From a virus: a stretch of 64,000 nt of DNA. Below, one piece after another: positions 17,492-25,981 of the stretch; position 1 is the first letter of the stretch; every line of letters starts with the position of its first letter. The notes below the pieces were generated by a model. That model was given only the letters and a program-made list of their open reading frames with translations, was not told the DNA's origin and searched no databases. Location of the stretch: positions 1-64,000 of IMG/VR virus record IMGVR_UViG_3300030419_007131, one strand, 5' to 3'. The position numbers were made by a program, and so were the translations under genes.

Positions 17492-17521
17492 TTTTATTTC
17501 CTTTCTTGGGCTAAAGTACGA

Positions 17522-18379
17522 TCAGCTAATATCCTGATCGTCTAGTAAATCTGTATACGATTGTACCACAGATGAATATTTCATGCAATAACAATATTTT
17601 TGTTCATATGTGGTCTTGAACACTCCGTATGAAACATTAATGTTTTCTTCTATTTTTGATTTCACGAAATCATTAATCTTTCTGAAGAGTGTCCCGTCGT
17701 TCTTTAGGTCTTCTTCGTTGATACCATAATAGTATACCACTTCCCGAGGCATTGTCAAGCTATAAAACCATTTTTCTCGGGCGTCGTTGTCATCAAGGTC
17801 TACGATGCCTACCGTAGCAATTCGACTTAAAGGCGACGGCTCTACAAAGCTGCCAATCACAGGCTCTGTATTCCTGAACACATTTAACATATGAATGGTA
17901 TTCACGATCGCCTGGTTGAGGGTCTCATAGTATCCGATAATAGAAATTTCCCCGATGCTGCGCTCCAGCGATGCATTATCAATCAACCATATAGCCTCCA
18001 ACAAACCAGACCGTGCATACTCTTGCAACACATTTCGAACAATCTTCTCTTGAGTCTGTTGAACCTCGCTGGCCAACTCTAAATCAGGCTGTATATAAAC
18101 TACAGTAATTCTATTGTTTTGAATTTGCTGGAGGAGCCGGAGAATCCCCCCAGATATTTGGCCGCTTCCTGCTAAGACCACGTACACCTCTTCGTTAGAA
18201 AACTTAAGCTTGCGTTTAAGGTTAGGAAAGTGCGCGTCATAGTCTTCGTGGTTTTTCCTTTTCTTGATGGTGATGTCGGCCTCTTTAACCGTATCAATCG
18301 CATACGTCTCATATTGAGGGAACTTAGAAAACCCCTTCGCAACTGCGGCGCCTGCTTTGCCGAGACCCACCACTATCAT
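17522..18379 (-). CDS. divergent tubulin/FtsZ-like protein
   Basis: IVVGLGKAGAAVA, YAIDT, degenerate signature loop LAGSGQISGG, WLIDNA, YETLNQAIV. Confidence 0.6.
   Translation of the reverse strand: MIVVGLGKAGAAVAKGFSKFPQYETYAIDTVKEADITIKKRKNHEDYDAHFPNLKRKLKFSNEEVYVVLAGSGQISGGILRLLQQIQNNRITVVYIQPDLELASEVQQTQEKIVRNVLQEYARSGLLEAIWLIDNASLERSIGEISIIGYYETLNQAIVNTIHMLNVFRNTEPVIGSFVEPSPLSRIATVGIVDLDDNDAREKWFYSLTMPREVVYYYGINEEDLKNDGTLFRKINDFVKSKIEENINVSYGVFKTTYEQKYCYCMKYSSVVQSYTDLLDDQDIS
17731..17758 (-). promoter_or_regulatory. sigma70-like promoter inside the tubulin-like gene, upstream of ssb
   Basis: TTGACA-N16-TATACT with TG extended -10. Confidence 0.5.
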
Positions 18380-18696
18380 TCTTCAACCCACTCCAATAGA
18401 TACCCCATGTTAAAGCTTCCGCGGGTCACTCGCTTAGATATCTGAGCCGCCCTAATGGCAGACTCCCCCAAAGCAAGTCGTGTACACAAAAAGTCCAGGA
18501 CTTCACGGATATCTGCCGCCTCTTCGACACAGGGATTTTCAACAAATTCCTGTACCTCTTCGCGTAGCTTCTTCAGTGCAAAACGCGTGAGGTCCTCACC
18601 TCGAAGCTGTTTTACGCCGAAGTCTTTGCCGGCGTCCGTGATGATCTCTGGAACTCGATCGCGCACAAGCTTGTGATATAGCTTCTTCTTTTTCAT
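18376..18696 (-). CDS. MazG-like / PRA-PH nucleotide pyrophosphohydrolase
   Basis: YHKLVRDRVPEII, KLREEVQEF, EEAADI, KRVTRGSF. Confidence 0.8.
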   Translation of the reverse strand: MKKKKLYHKLVRDRVPEIITDAGKDFGVKQLRGEDLTRFALKKLREEVQEFVENPCVEEAADIREVLDFLCTRLALGESAIRAAQISKRVTRGSFNMGYLLEWVEE

Positions 18697-18905
18697 CCTT
18701 GAAACTCTTCTTCCTGGTCAACCAAACATTCAAAAATATCCGCCACCGTGAGTTCGGTATAATCGCACCCACATTTCTCAGCACACTCTTCAAATATCTC
18801 AATAAGTTGTAGCCTCATAAATCCTGCGACACCGTCGACTTTTCGTACGCCATTAACAAAATGACTGTGTCTTGGAGGGCTGATCTCGATTACATTATCT
18901 CTCAT
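18693..18905 (-). CDS. hypothetical protein
   Basis: 70-aa ORF with ATGA coupling on both sides. Confidence 0.5.
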   Translation of the reverse strand: MRDNVIEISPPRHSHFVNGVRKVDGVAGFMRLQLIEIFEECAEKCGCDYTELTVADIFECLVDQEEEFQG

Positions 18906-20089
18906 AATTTTAATTCCTTCATTTCTCCGAGGTTCCTTCCAGCGGAGACATTAACCTTAAACATATCATAACGCGTTTTCCTGAAGGTGTCAAGCAAATT
19001 TAATATTTCGTAGCGATCCTCTTCCGCGAGGTCGATATACACAGCGTCGTGAATAAGAAATGCGATGTGGCTTTTTCTCCCCTTCAAAAGCTCGTAGACT
19101 TTATAAGCCTGCTCGTGCACCATATCAATTGTGGTGCTCTGAACGATATAATTAAGAGCACGATGCTCGTCTACGTTCTCTATTATTCTACCATAATCTG
19201 TCCGGATTTTAAAGCCATCCCAGTACTTATTTCGCACCAAGTCCTTGTTATATAGGCGCTCTAAGTCCTTGTTTTCCTTACTAGAATAGAGCCATGCAAA
19301 AGTTTTGACTTTGGCTTCTTCTCGGCTAAGAGTGCCATCGAAAACGTTCTTCACATTCCAATCATGAATGTCGTTCAGGGGCTGGTCCACTCCGGCTAAC
19401 GCCAGAAGCGTTCGGAGTTCGGCTGCATTAAAATCAAGCTCAAGCAACCAGTCATTGCGGGGCTGTACACAAGGACGAAACTCCTTGCTCATTGTCAAAA
19501 TTGGAAAACTACTAGGGTAAGCGGCTAGCCGCCCAGTAATGGTGCCCCATGGGTTATAATCACAACGATGTTTTACTGTACGGAGTGTACGATGAAAATT
19601 TTGCCCCTTCACCGAACTCAATAAGTGACTAATGGCGCCCACGTCTATGCTCAAGTGCTGCGACCGGATGTCTGATAGCATTTCGACTACGTTGTACATG
19701 AGATCATAGTTGGCTGGGCGCTCATGGGTGTCAAAAACATGCTGTGTTATCCGATTTTTGGCGTCCAGGTATTGAAATAAGAAATATTCGGGGACTGCGT
19801 CATACAAGCAGTTTTCTTCCAAGGACAGGTTCGACGTTTTGAAGGCTTTCAGGCACGCTCTCAGCCTGTTTTTAATCTCATCCCACTCCTGCTTCATCTC
19901 TTCCGGACAAACGTCTGTCAAGGACGCTCCGTGCGTGTAAATCCGAGCAATCTCATATGATGCTCCTTGTAGGTGAGGCGTATAGTCCCACGTCTCGCCG
20001 GTGAGGGGCGGGAGACTTCCGGCCTTAATAAAATTATTAGCGTAATAACCCGCACAATCTGTGTTGGCGTCTAAAACCTGAAAAAGCAA
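18902..20089 (-). CDS. minimal family A DNA polymerase
   Basis: TITGRL; motif A ELDFNAAELR; motif B REEAK..FAWLY; NYIVQST; motif C IHDAV; TTG start. Confidence 0.8.
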   Translation of the reverse strand: MLFQVLDANTDCAGYYANNFIKAGSLPPLTGETWDYTPHLQGASYEIARIYTHGASLTDVCPEEMKQEWDEIKNRLRACLKAFKTSNLSLEENCLYDAVPEYFLFQYLDAKNRITQHVFDTHERPANYDLMYNVVEMLSDIRSQHLSIDVGAISHLLSSVKGQNFHRTLRTVKHRCDYNPWGTITGRLAAYPSSFPILTMSKEFRPCVQPRNDWLLELDFNAAELRTLLALAGVDQPLNDIHDWNVKNVFDGTLSREEAKVKTFAWLYSSKENKDLERLYNKDLVRNKYWDGFKIRTDYGRIIENVDEHRALNYIVQSTTIDMVHEQAYKVYELLKGRKSHIAFLIHDAVYIDLAEEDRYEILNLLDTFRKTRYDMFKVNVSAGRNLGEMKELKL

Positions 20090-20098
20090 CTAAATCCC

Positions 20099-21400
20099 CT
20101 AGTAAAGCTGTTGCGTAATCGACCCAGCTGTACTTATTTTACCCTGTCTGATCTGATTGTCAAGGTTTTTAAATACATTTTCATTAATCAGCGGATAATC
20201 AATCCCATAAATGTAGTCACGATAGATGAGATTAATATATTCTACTATATTTTCCAGACCTGTCAAGTTCTGATTTGGCCGTAGCTCATGAATGGCGCCC
20301 AAATCACTTCGAAGCTTCGTTGTAAACGCAAGGGGCTCTGCTGCTTCGACGCTGCGCAAGTTAAGATACAAGTTTGCCAGATACTTGTCCGTTAAAATGT
20401 CTTCAACATAAGAGGTAGGCGGTCGTTCGCGGTTAGACAGCTGGAACTTGTCGCATCCTGGTCTATAGATGCGCTCCTCATAAAACGGATTAAGAGTAAT
20501 ATATTGATTATAAGAATTAACTAAAAATGTTTTCAACAAAGGCAAGTCCATCATATGAGCATATTCATAATAGTGACCAAAAAAATTATCCTCATCAACA
20601 GTGGCGCCGACTTCTGTTTCATACTCCACTACATATTTCATGATTGCATCTGTAAAAAGATCCGCTGTTAAAAGCCACGGAATATTTTTATTAACCGTAA
20701 AGCCATATTTTTTCGCACATCGTACATAAAATACAAAGTTAGGATCCGTAAGGTATTTTTCATACTTCCACTCATCAACATCGAATTGACCCTGGTCTAT
20801 AGACACACAGAGCCCAGAACTAAAAATATCTATGGCACTCGAAAGCGTATAGTTGGTGAGAGTGACAGGGATCGCCGGGGCAACCTCTAGCAAATATTCC
20901 ACAAATAACTCTGTGAAGCTTCGGAAGTCTCTTATTTTGCTGCTGAAGCGCGGATAGACTTCAATAAAAGATTTATACACGAGATTCAAGTACTTCTTAT
21001 AGTGGTCTAATGAACTATTATAGCCACGCTTTGCGGCGACCTTTATCATTTTTTTGTTGCCCGCTGGGTTAGCAATCCCTATTACGTTAGCATCCGCCAT
21101 ATGAGCACTGAACGCATCGAATGCGTCCGCAACAAAGTCCAATAAATAAATATCTGGCTTGGCGGCATAGCGAGGAACCTTCAAACGATTCTGCTTAAGA
21201 CTAATGGTGTTTTGAAGTCTATCAATTTTTCCATAATATTGCTTATCGTACCAAGTATCAAGGGGAGCAACAACACCAGTAGGGTATATTTTTTCTTTGT
21301 AAAGAAGTCTTTGATAATATAAGGCCAAAGACGACAAACCATTCTTGCCCTGAGGATTGGTTAAATCCGAGGGTGTAAATTTAATAGGAGGGGCGGTCAT
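20099..21400 (-). CDS. hypothetical protein (probably late/virion-associated)
   Basis: 433 aa; CTATTTA 4 nt upstream (21405-21411). Confidence 0.6.
   Translation of the reverse strand: MTAPPIKFTPSDLTNPQGKNGLSSLALYYQRLLYKEKIYPTGVVAPLDTWYDKQYYGKIDRLQNTISLKQNRLKVPRYAAKPDIYLLDFVADAFDAFSAHMADANVIGIANPAGNKKMIKVAAKRGYNSSLDHYKKYLNLVYKSFIEVYPRFSSKIRDFRSFTELFVEYLLEVAPAIPVTLTNYTLSSAIDIFSSGLCVSIDQGQFDVDEWKYEKYLTDPNFVFYVRCAKKYGFTVNKNIPWLLTADLFTDAIMKYVVEYETEVGATVDEDNFFGHYYEYAHMMDLPLLKTFLVNSYNQYITLNPFYEERIYRPGCDKFQLSNRERPPTSYVEDILTDKYLANLYLNLRSVEAAEPLAFTTKLRSDLGAIHELRPNQNLTGLENIVEYINLIYRDYIYGIDYPLINENVFKNLDNQIRQGKISTAGSITQQLY
20136..20163 (-). promoter_or_regulatory. sigma70-like promoter at the boundary between structural and replication modules
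   Basis: TTGACA-N16-TAAAAT within the 3' end of the upstream CDS. Confidence 0.5.
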
Positions 21401-21424
21401 GTTTTAAATAGTCTCTGTACTTTT

Positions 21425-24400
21425 TTATGAACTCGGGTTACTACTAGGGGAAGGCCCCAACTCAGACGGGCTACATGCGGCCTCGGAAGCCTGTGGATCA
21501 TCAGAGGCAGCAGTCGGTGTGGGGGGTGCTGCACCGTGGTGAAATTCAATACCTTCCTGGAGGGCTGTTATAGATGTGCCAAAGCTTTTTTCGGTCACCT
21601 CTGATTTAACGCCTGTCACCAAATAATACCCATGAAGCCCCAAATAGTTTAATTGCTCTTGAGAAGTATTCATCAGAAGAGGACTAACATAAATATAGGT
21701 ACCATTCTTATATAAGTTGTTGCCTACCATCTGAATCGAAACTGAGTAAAGCTCCCGCAACTGTTCGGGGCCCAGCGCGCCGGTCTTCTGGATTTTTGAC
21801 TCTCGTAAATACGGCATGTCTTCGCGCTTAAAGTTAATCGCCTTTACCAGACTGCACGCAGAACCAAGGTAGTGGTGATATATCCCCCGCTCAAGATCAT
21901 CATCAAAATCGCCTCGTAAGTTGCTGGGGTTGGTGTCAGTTGAAACTAAAATTAGTCCCATTCCTACATCAGCCAGGGCGGTTTCATCTGTCAGGGCTGC
22001 GTTGGCCAGGGCAAGACTATTAACTCCAATACATCCCTTAGATGCAGCAAGAGCTGGGGCTTGTCCTTTTTTATTAAACGACATTGGCTGAACATCAAAG
22101 CGCTGGAAGAGCCGAAGATTCTTTCCGAAACAATTCCCGCGGAGAGCGTTTGTAATAAGCTGAGATGTTAGGTCTTTAATAAAATGGAGCAAATAATAAC
22201 TATCGCGATCTTTGTCAATTACGTTCTTGACGTACCAGTTCTGAAAGGATCGAAGGGAGATCGGTATATCCCCTATATTAATGTTTTTATATAGCTGGGA
22301 GGCATCGGGTAGGTCCCCCGCGGCGGCTATCTTTTGTTGATAAAAGGCATCGCGCAAGTCACCACACTGGGCCCACTTATCAAGCTTTTGCATCGTGGCC
22401 GCAAACTGAGCATCAACAAACTGCGTTTCAGATAAAAAGAAAGCGAAATCAAGAGGCTCTCCACCGTTGTTTTCATCTATCTGAAGCAAGATGTTATCAA
22501 TCATGTCGCCCAGATACATAAAGTTGATTGGGATCAAATCATCTTTTCCTTTTTTCGCCTTCTTTTCGTCTCTTTTGGTTTGTTTGTCGTCAGCTTTGCC
22601 GGCTTTTTCTTTTTTAATTTCGTCCAGCATCTTCGATTCATACTCAGATGTCTTATTGACAACGACTTCTGTCCCAAGCTTTTCTCTCGCAAGTTCTAGG
22701 CGCTCTTCTTCTGATAACTTAGATTGTTTTTTAGCCGCTAAAAGCTCTGAAACTGGAACTTCTATATGATAAACTTTATCTGCCTCGTATAGCTTGGCTA
22801 AAAGTTTGCGATATTTAACGAGCTTGTCTGTTTCTTCGAGTTCTTTTATTTCTTCTAAAAGCTCATCGATTTCGTCCTCATATTTTTCTGGCTGGTCCGC
22901 CTTTTTACGGTCTGCGTCTTCGGCCTTAAAGGTGTCTAACTTCTTCCGCTTGGCTTCAATAGTATTCTCGTTCTCCCCGGGCGCGAAGATATTGGAGTTG
23001 GGCGCTGTTAGGATTCCGGTCAGGCTGGCCTGATAATTAACTGTCAACTGAAGACTCCCGTTTTGTTTGAAGTCAATATCGTGGCGCGTTTGTTGTAAAA
23101 ATAAGGTAACACGGGTTGCTTTAATGGCTTCTTGGAGGGCCTGGGCACGAGTCATGGTGTCGTCGTGCGGAGAGTCCGCCGCAAGATCAGGATAAATTTT
23201 CTCTAAGTTCGGCGGAGTGGCCCAGCCTGCGACAACTTTAATCCGAAAGTTGGCGCCATCATACTGACGACTTTTAACATTCTTACAATCTTTCTTGGGC
23301 TTGGATGAAGGGCTTGAGGCCTTTTTCTTTTTTCTAATGCTGGGGGAATTAATAATAAGGTCCAAGAAATTTGGCTTCGCCTTTCCAGCATCAGGGTGAG
23401 GAGTCCTGTATACATCGCCTGCTTGGGAAGCCCCCTGAAAGAAGTCCCCCACTGATTGAAACCACACTACCAGGGTAGCTGTTATGTTGTTATCAACTTC
23501 TGCAGGCTGCACACCTTCGAGGGTCCAAGAAAAGCTCTTAATGCCAGCCCCAGGAATGCGCCCTTTATCGCCAGACATGATGCTTTCAACATCTTGTTGG
23601 CTTACAAAGTTAGGGATCGACAGAGGCTGCTCTTCCCCAGTAGGCTTTCCATTTTCGTCATAGTCCACACGAGAAAGTTTTATATAAGGCACAAGAAGCG
23701 CATGAATATCCGGGCACAAACTTAATATCTCTTTAACGGCTGCCGTTTGGCCGCCATGGTTTATGACACTTAAAGTATCTCCAGGGTCACCATTGGTATC
23801 AACCGTAATGAGCTTTTGGTAAGGACCTGACAGGGCCTCGTGCTGATCTTTTAATTTCATGATGCGCTCTAATAACACACATTGATAGTCAGCGGGGTCA
23901 AGGGTGATCTTTTCCTCTTCCTCTTCTTCTTTCGCCGCATCACTCTTGGCCTCTTCAGGCGATTCTTCAGGATCCGGTTCGCCCCCCTCATCGTGACTAC
24001 GAACATCATCGGCAGCTTCCGCCTCCTCCCTAAGTTCCTCGGCCTGGGCTGCCCGTTCTTCCGCGGATTTTGCCGCGTCTGAGCATGGGACTTCCGTCAC
24101 CCTGGATTCATAAATCTCGATTAAATAGTCGTCAGGAGGGTCTCCGGTGCTCCAGTTGGTAAACAGTGTTGTAAACCCCTGCAGGGTTGCACACTTGGTT
24201 TCTCCGTCATAAGGCTCGCTTTTATTAACATGCTCGGTTAGACGAGCTTTAGCCCAGAGCCGGGCTCGTTGTTGATCAATCCCGCGGGCGACGGAGCTGT
24301 TGGACATCGGCCACCCAACCTCGATTTGGTAGGTGCCGTCGCCCAGGTCTGTGATCTTATAATCCCTTGAGCCCTTTGAAAACCAGCCCGGGCCGTCTAG

Positions 24401-24772
24401 GTCCCCCGATGGCGCGACTCCTTCCCGCACGGCCATGCCGCCGTCTGTCTGAATGTAATCAGCCTGTCCGTCTCCGTCGCTGTCGATACCCGATTCGGCG
24501 GCCGTTATCTCGCTCACTGCAACTGACCATACGGCCTCAACGCGGCCCGAAGCTCTGGCGTCATCGTGGGAGGTTACGCTATCGAGGGTGGCGCCGCTTA
24601 AATTGTATGTGTTATCGGTGGTGTTATTTTTATTATTTATAAAGCCAGTGATCTCGCGCTTCGCAGCAAGTTCGAGTTGCTCCTTGAGCTCAAGATACTC
24701 ATCATACTCAACGAAATCAAGCTCGCCCGCAACGGTTGCAACATACCTGCCGCCTTGTTCAACAACAGCCAT
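21425..24772 (-). CDS. putative baseplate hub protein with acidic N-terminal extension
   Basis: Follows the tube-initiator and LysM genes; C-terminal VSIQMVGN...GYYLVTGVKSEV...FGTSITA resembles the end of gp27/late control D hubs. Confidence 0.5.
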   Translation of the reverse strand: MAVVEQGGRYVATVAGELDFVEYDEYLELKEQLELAAKREITGFINNKNNTTDNTYNLSGATLDSVTSHDDARASGRVEAVWSVAVSEITAAESGIDSDGDGQADYIQTDGGMAVREGVAPSGDLDGPGWFSKGSRDYKITDLGDGTYQIEVGWPMSNSSVARGIDQQRARLWAKARLTEHVNKSEPYDGETKCATLQGFTTLFTNWSTGDPPDDYLIEIYESRVTEVPCSDAAKSAEERAAQAEELREEAEAADDVRSHDEGGEPDPEESPEEAKSDAAKEEEEEEKITLDPADYQCVLLERIMKLKDQHEALSGPYQKLITVDTNGDPGDTLSVINHGGQTAAVKEILSLCPDIHALLVPYIKLSRVDYDENGKPTGEEQPLSIPNFVSQQDVESIMSGDKGRIPGAGIKSFSWTLEGVQPAEVDNNITATLVVWFQSVGDFFQGASQAGDVYRTPHPDAGKAKPNFLDLIINSPSIRKKKKASSPSSKPKKDCKNVKSRQYDGANFRIKVVAGWATPPNLEKIYPDLAADSPHDDTMTRAQALQEAIKATRVTLFLQQTRHDIDFKQNGSLQLTVNYQASLTGILTAPNSNIFAPGENENTIEAKRKKLDTFKAEDADRKKADQPEKYEDEIDELLEEIKELEETDKLVKYRKLLAKLYEADKVYHIEVPVSELLAAKKQSKLSEEERLELAREKLGTEVVVNKTSEYESKMLDEIKKEKAGKADDKQTKRDEKKAKKGKDDLIPINFMYLGDMIDNILLQIDENNGGEPLDFAFFLSETQFVDAQFAATMQKLDKWAQCGDLRDAFYQQKIAAAGDLPDASQLYKNINIGDIPISLRSFQNWYVKNVIDKDRDSYYLLHFIKDLTSQLITNALRGNCFGKNLRLFQRFDVQPMSFNKKGQAPALAASKGCIGVNSLALANAALTDETALADVGMGLILVSTDTNPSNLRGDFDDDLERGIYHHYLGSACSLVKAINFKREDMPYLRESKIQKTGALGPEQLRELYSVSIQMVGNNLYKNGTYIYVSPLLMNTSQEQLNYLGLHGYYLVTGVKSEVTEKSFGTSITALQEGIEFHHGAAPPTPTAASDDPQASEAACSPSELGPSPSSNPSS

Positions 24773-24774
24773 TT

Positions 24775-25116
24775 CTAATCCTTATTATACAATCTCAAAA
24801 TATTCTCCAGAGGGAGGGGGATATAGATCAGTTCGCCCACTTCAAGATCTGCTTCGGTAGGAGTTTTGTTGTATAGTGCAATCACCCACCAATACTGTGC
24901 GCTGCCATAATAGTGAATGGCGAGTTTAAAAAAACGATCGCCAGTTTTCCATACATGACGCTTCCGAGTCACATCCGCAAGTTCGGCAGCAGTAGGGTAG
25001 CGCAGCGTGGGAGTACTATAGTGACGAATGCCTTGCGTATTTCTTTCATCCAAAAGCTTTTCATATAGGGGCTCTTGATTAAAAAAGATCCTTCGTGTGT
25101 CATATCTGGTCGGCAT
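24775..25116 (-). CDS. LysM-like baseplate protein (gp53 / tail X-like)
   Basis: HVWKTGDRFFKLAIHYYGSAQYWWVIALYN...GELIYIP. Confidence 0.75.
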   Translation of the reverse strand: MPTRYDTRRIFFNQEPLYEKLLDERNTQGIRHYSTPTLRYPTAAELADVTRKRHVWKTGDRFFKLAIHYYGSAQYWWVIALYNKTPTEADLEVGELIYIPLPLENILRLYNKD

Positions 25117-25127
25117 TGTTTATTTCC

Positions 25128-25928
25128 CTACTTTAGTATCTCTGTTTGTGTGGCCGTCTCTTGCTCCACCAAACGGTCATTGTCGAATTCTCGAACTTCC
25201 TCGGTGGTCTTATGAACATAGAAAGCATTTGGAAACTTACCATCAATATCCGTGTTACCAAAAAGATATCCTGGATCAGTCAAAACTCCTTGGCCTTGTT
25301 CTGGAGCCCAGCCAGTTAAGTGAGTATGAAGAACAGTATACTGCAGCTGCAAAGTTAATACTTTAGGAACATAGGCGCGCTTGCTTTCAAAATACTGATC
25401 ATATTGTTTGGACGTTGCCTCGTCAACATCAGAAGTTACCATGGGAGGAGTGCCTCCGACTGGTAAAAACCCACCATAAGACATGTCGGGATTGTAAGTC
25501 AAACCCCCAAGATACCCAATAAGATTTTTTCCGCTTAACGGACTAGCAGCCAAATTAGCCCATTTCATTCCAATCAAGGGAGCGGCCTTGAGTGTGTTCT
25601 GCACGCTGCGATCATCTTGTTCATATACGGGATATAAAAATTCAATCAACCTGTTAACATTTGCCAAGTTGGCTAGCGCTTCGTCGCGAGCACCAGACAC
25701 CACATCAAAGCTTAAACTAATAATCCGCTGAGTGTTTTCAAAGGTCGCCAAAGGGTCCATGCGTCCATAAACCGTTTCAGTATTCCATTTGGATTGATAC
25801 TGATCGGAAAACTCTTTCACCCATCCCTTAAATTCCACCTTTTTTTGAGTTGGCAAATGAGTAATGATAATCTTAAAAAACTCATTGCCCGCGAGGCCGG
25901 GGTCAAAATATTTATTGGGTGCATTCAT
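25128..25928 (-). CDS. tail tube initiator / baseplate protein
   Basis: FSDQYQSKWNTETVYGRMDP..F.NTQR.ISLSF pattern; follows the tape measure; CTATTTA at 25963-25969. Confidence 0.6.
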   Translation of the reverse strand: MNAPNKYFDPGLAGNEFFKIIITHLPTQKKVEFKGWVKEFSDQYQSKWNTETVYGRMDPLATFENTQRIISLSFDVVSGARDEALANLANVNRLIEFLYPVYEQDDRSVQNTLKAAPLIGMKWANLAASPLSGKNLIGYLGGLTYNPDMSYGGFLPVGGTPPMVTSDVDEATSKQYDQYFESKRAYVPKVLTLQLQYTVLHTHLTGWAPEQGQGVLTDPGYLFGNTDIDGKFPNAFYVHKTTEEVREFDNDRLVEQETATQTEILK

Positions 25929-25981
25929 CTGTTCTTTTCTTCCTTGCGCATAGGCTGTAAGTTAAATAGCCGCTGCATCAA

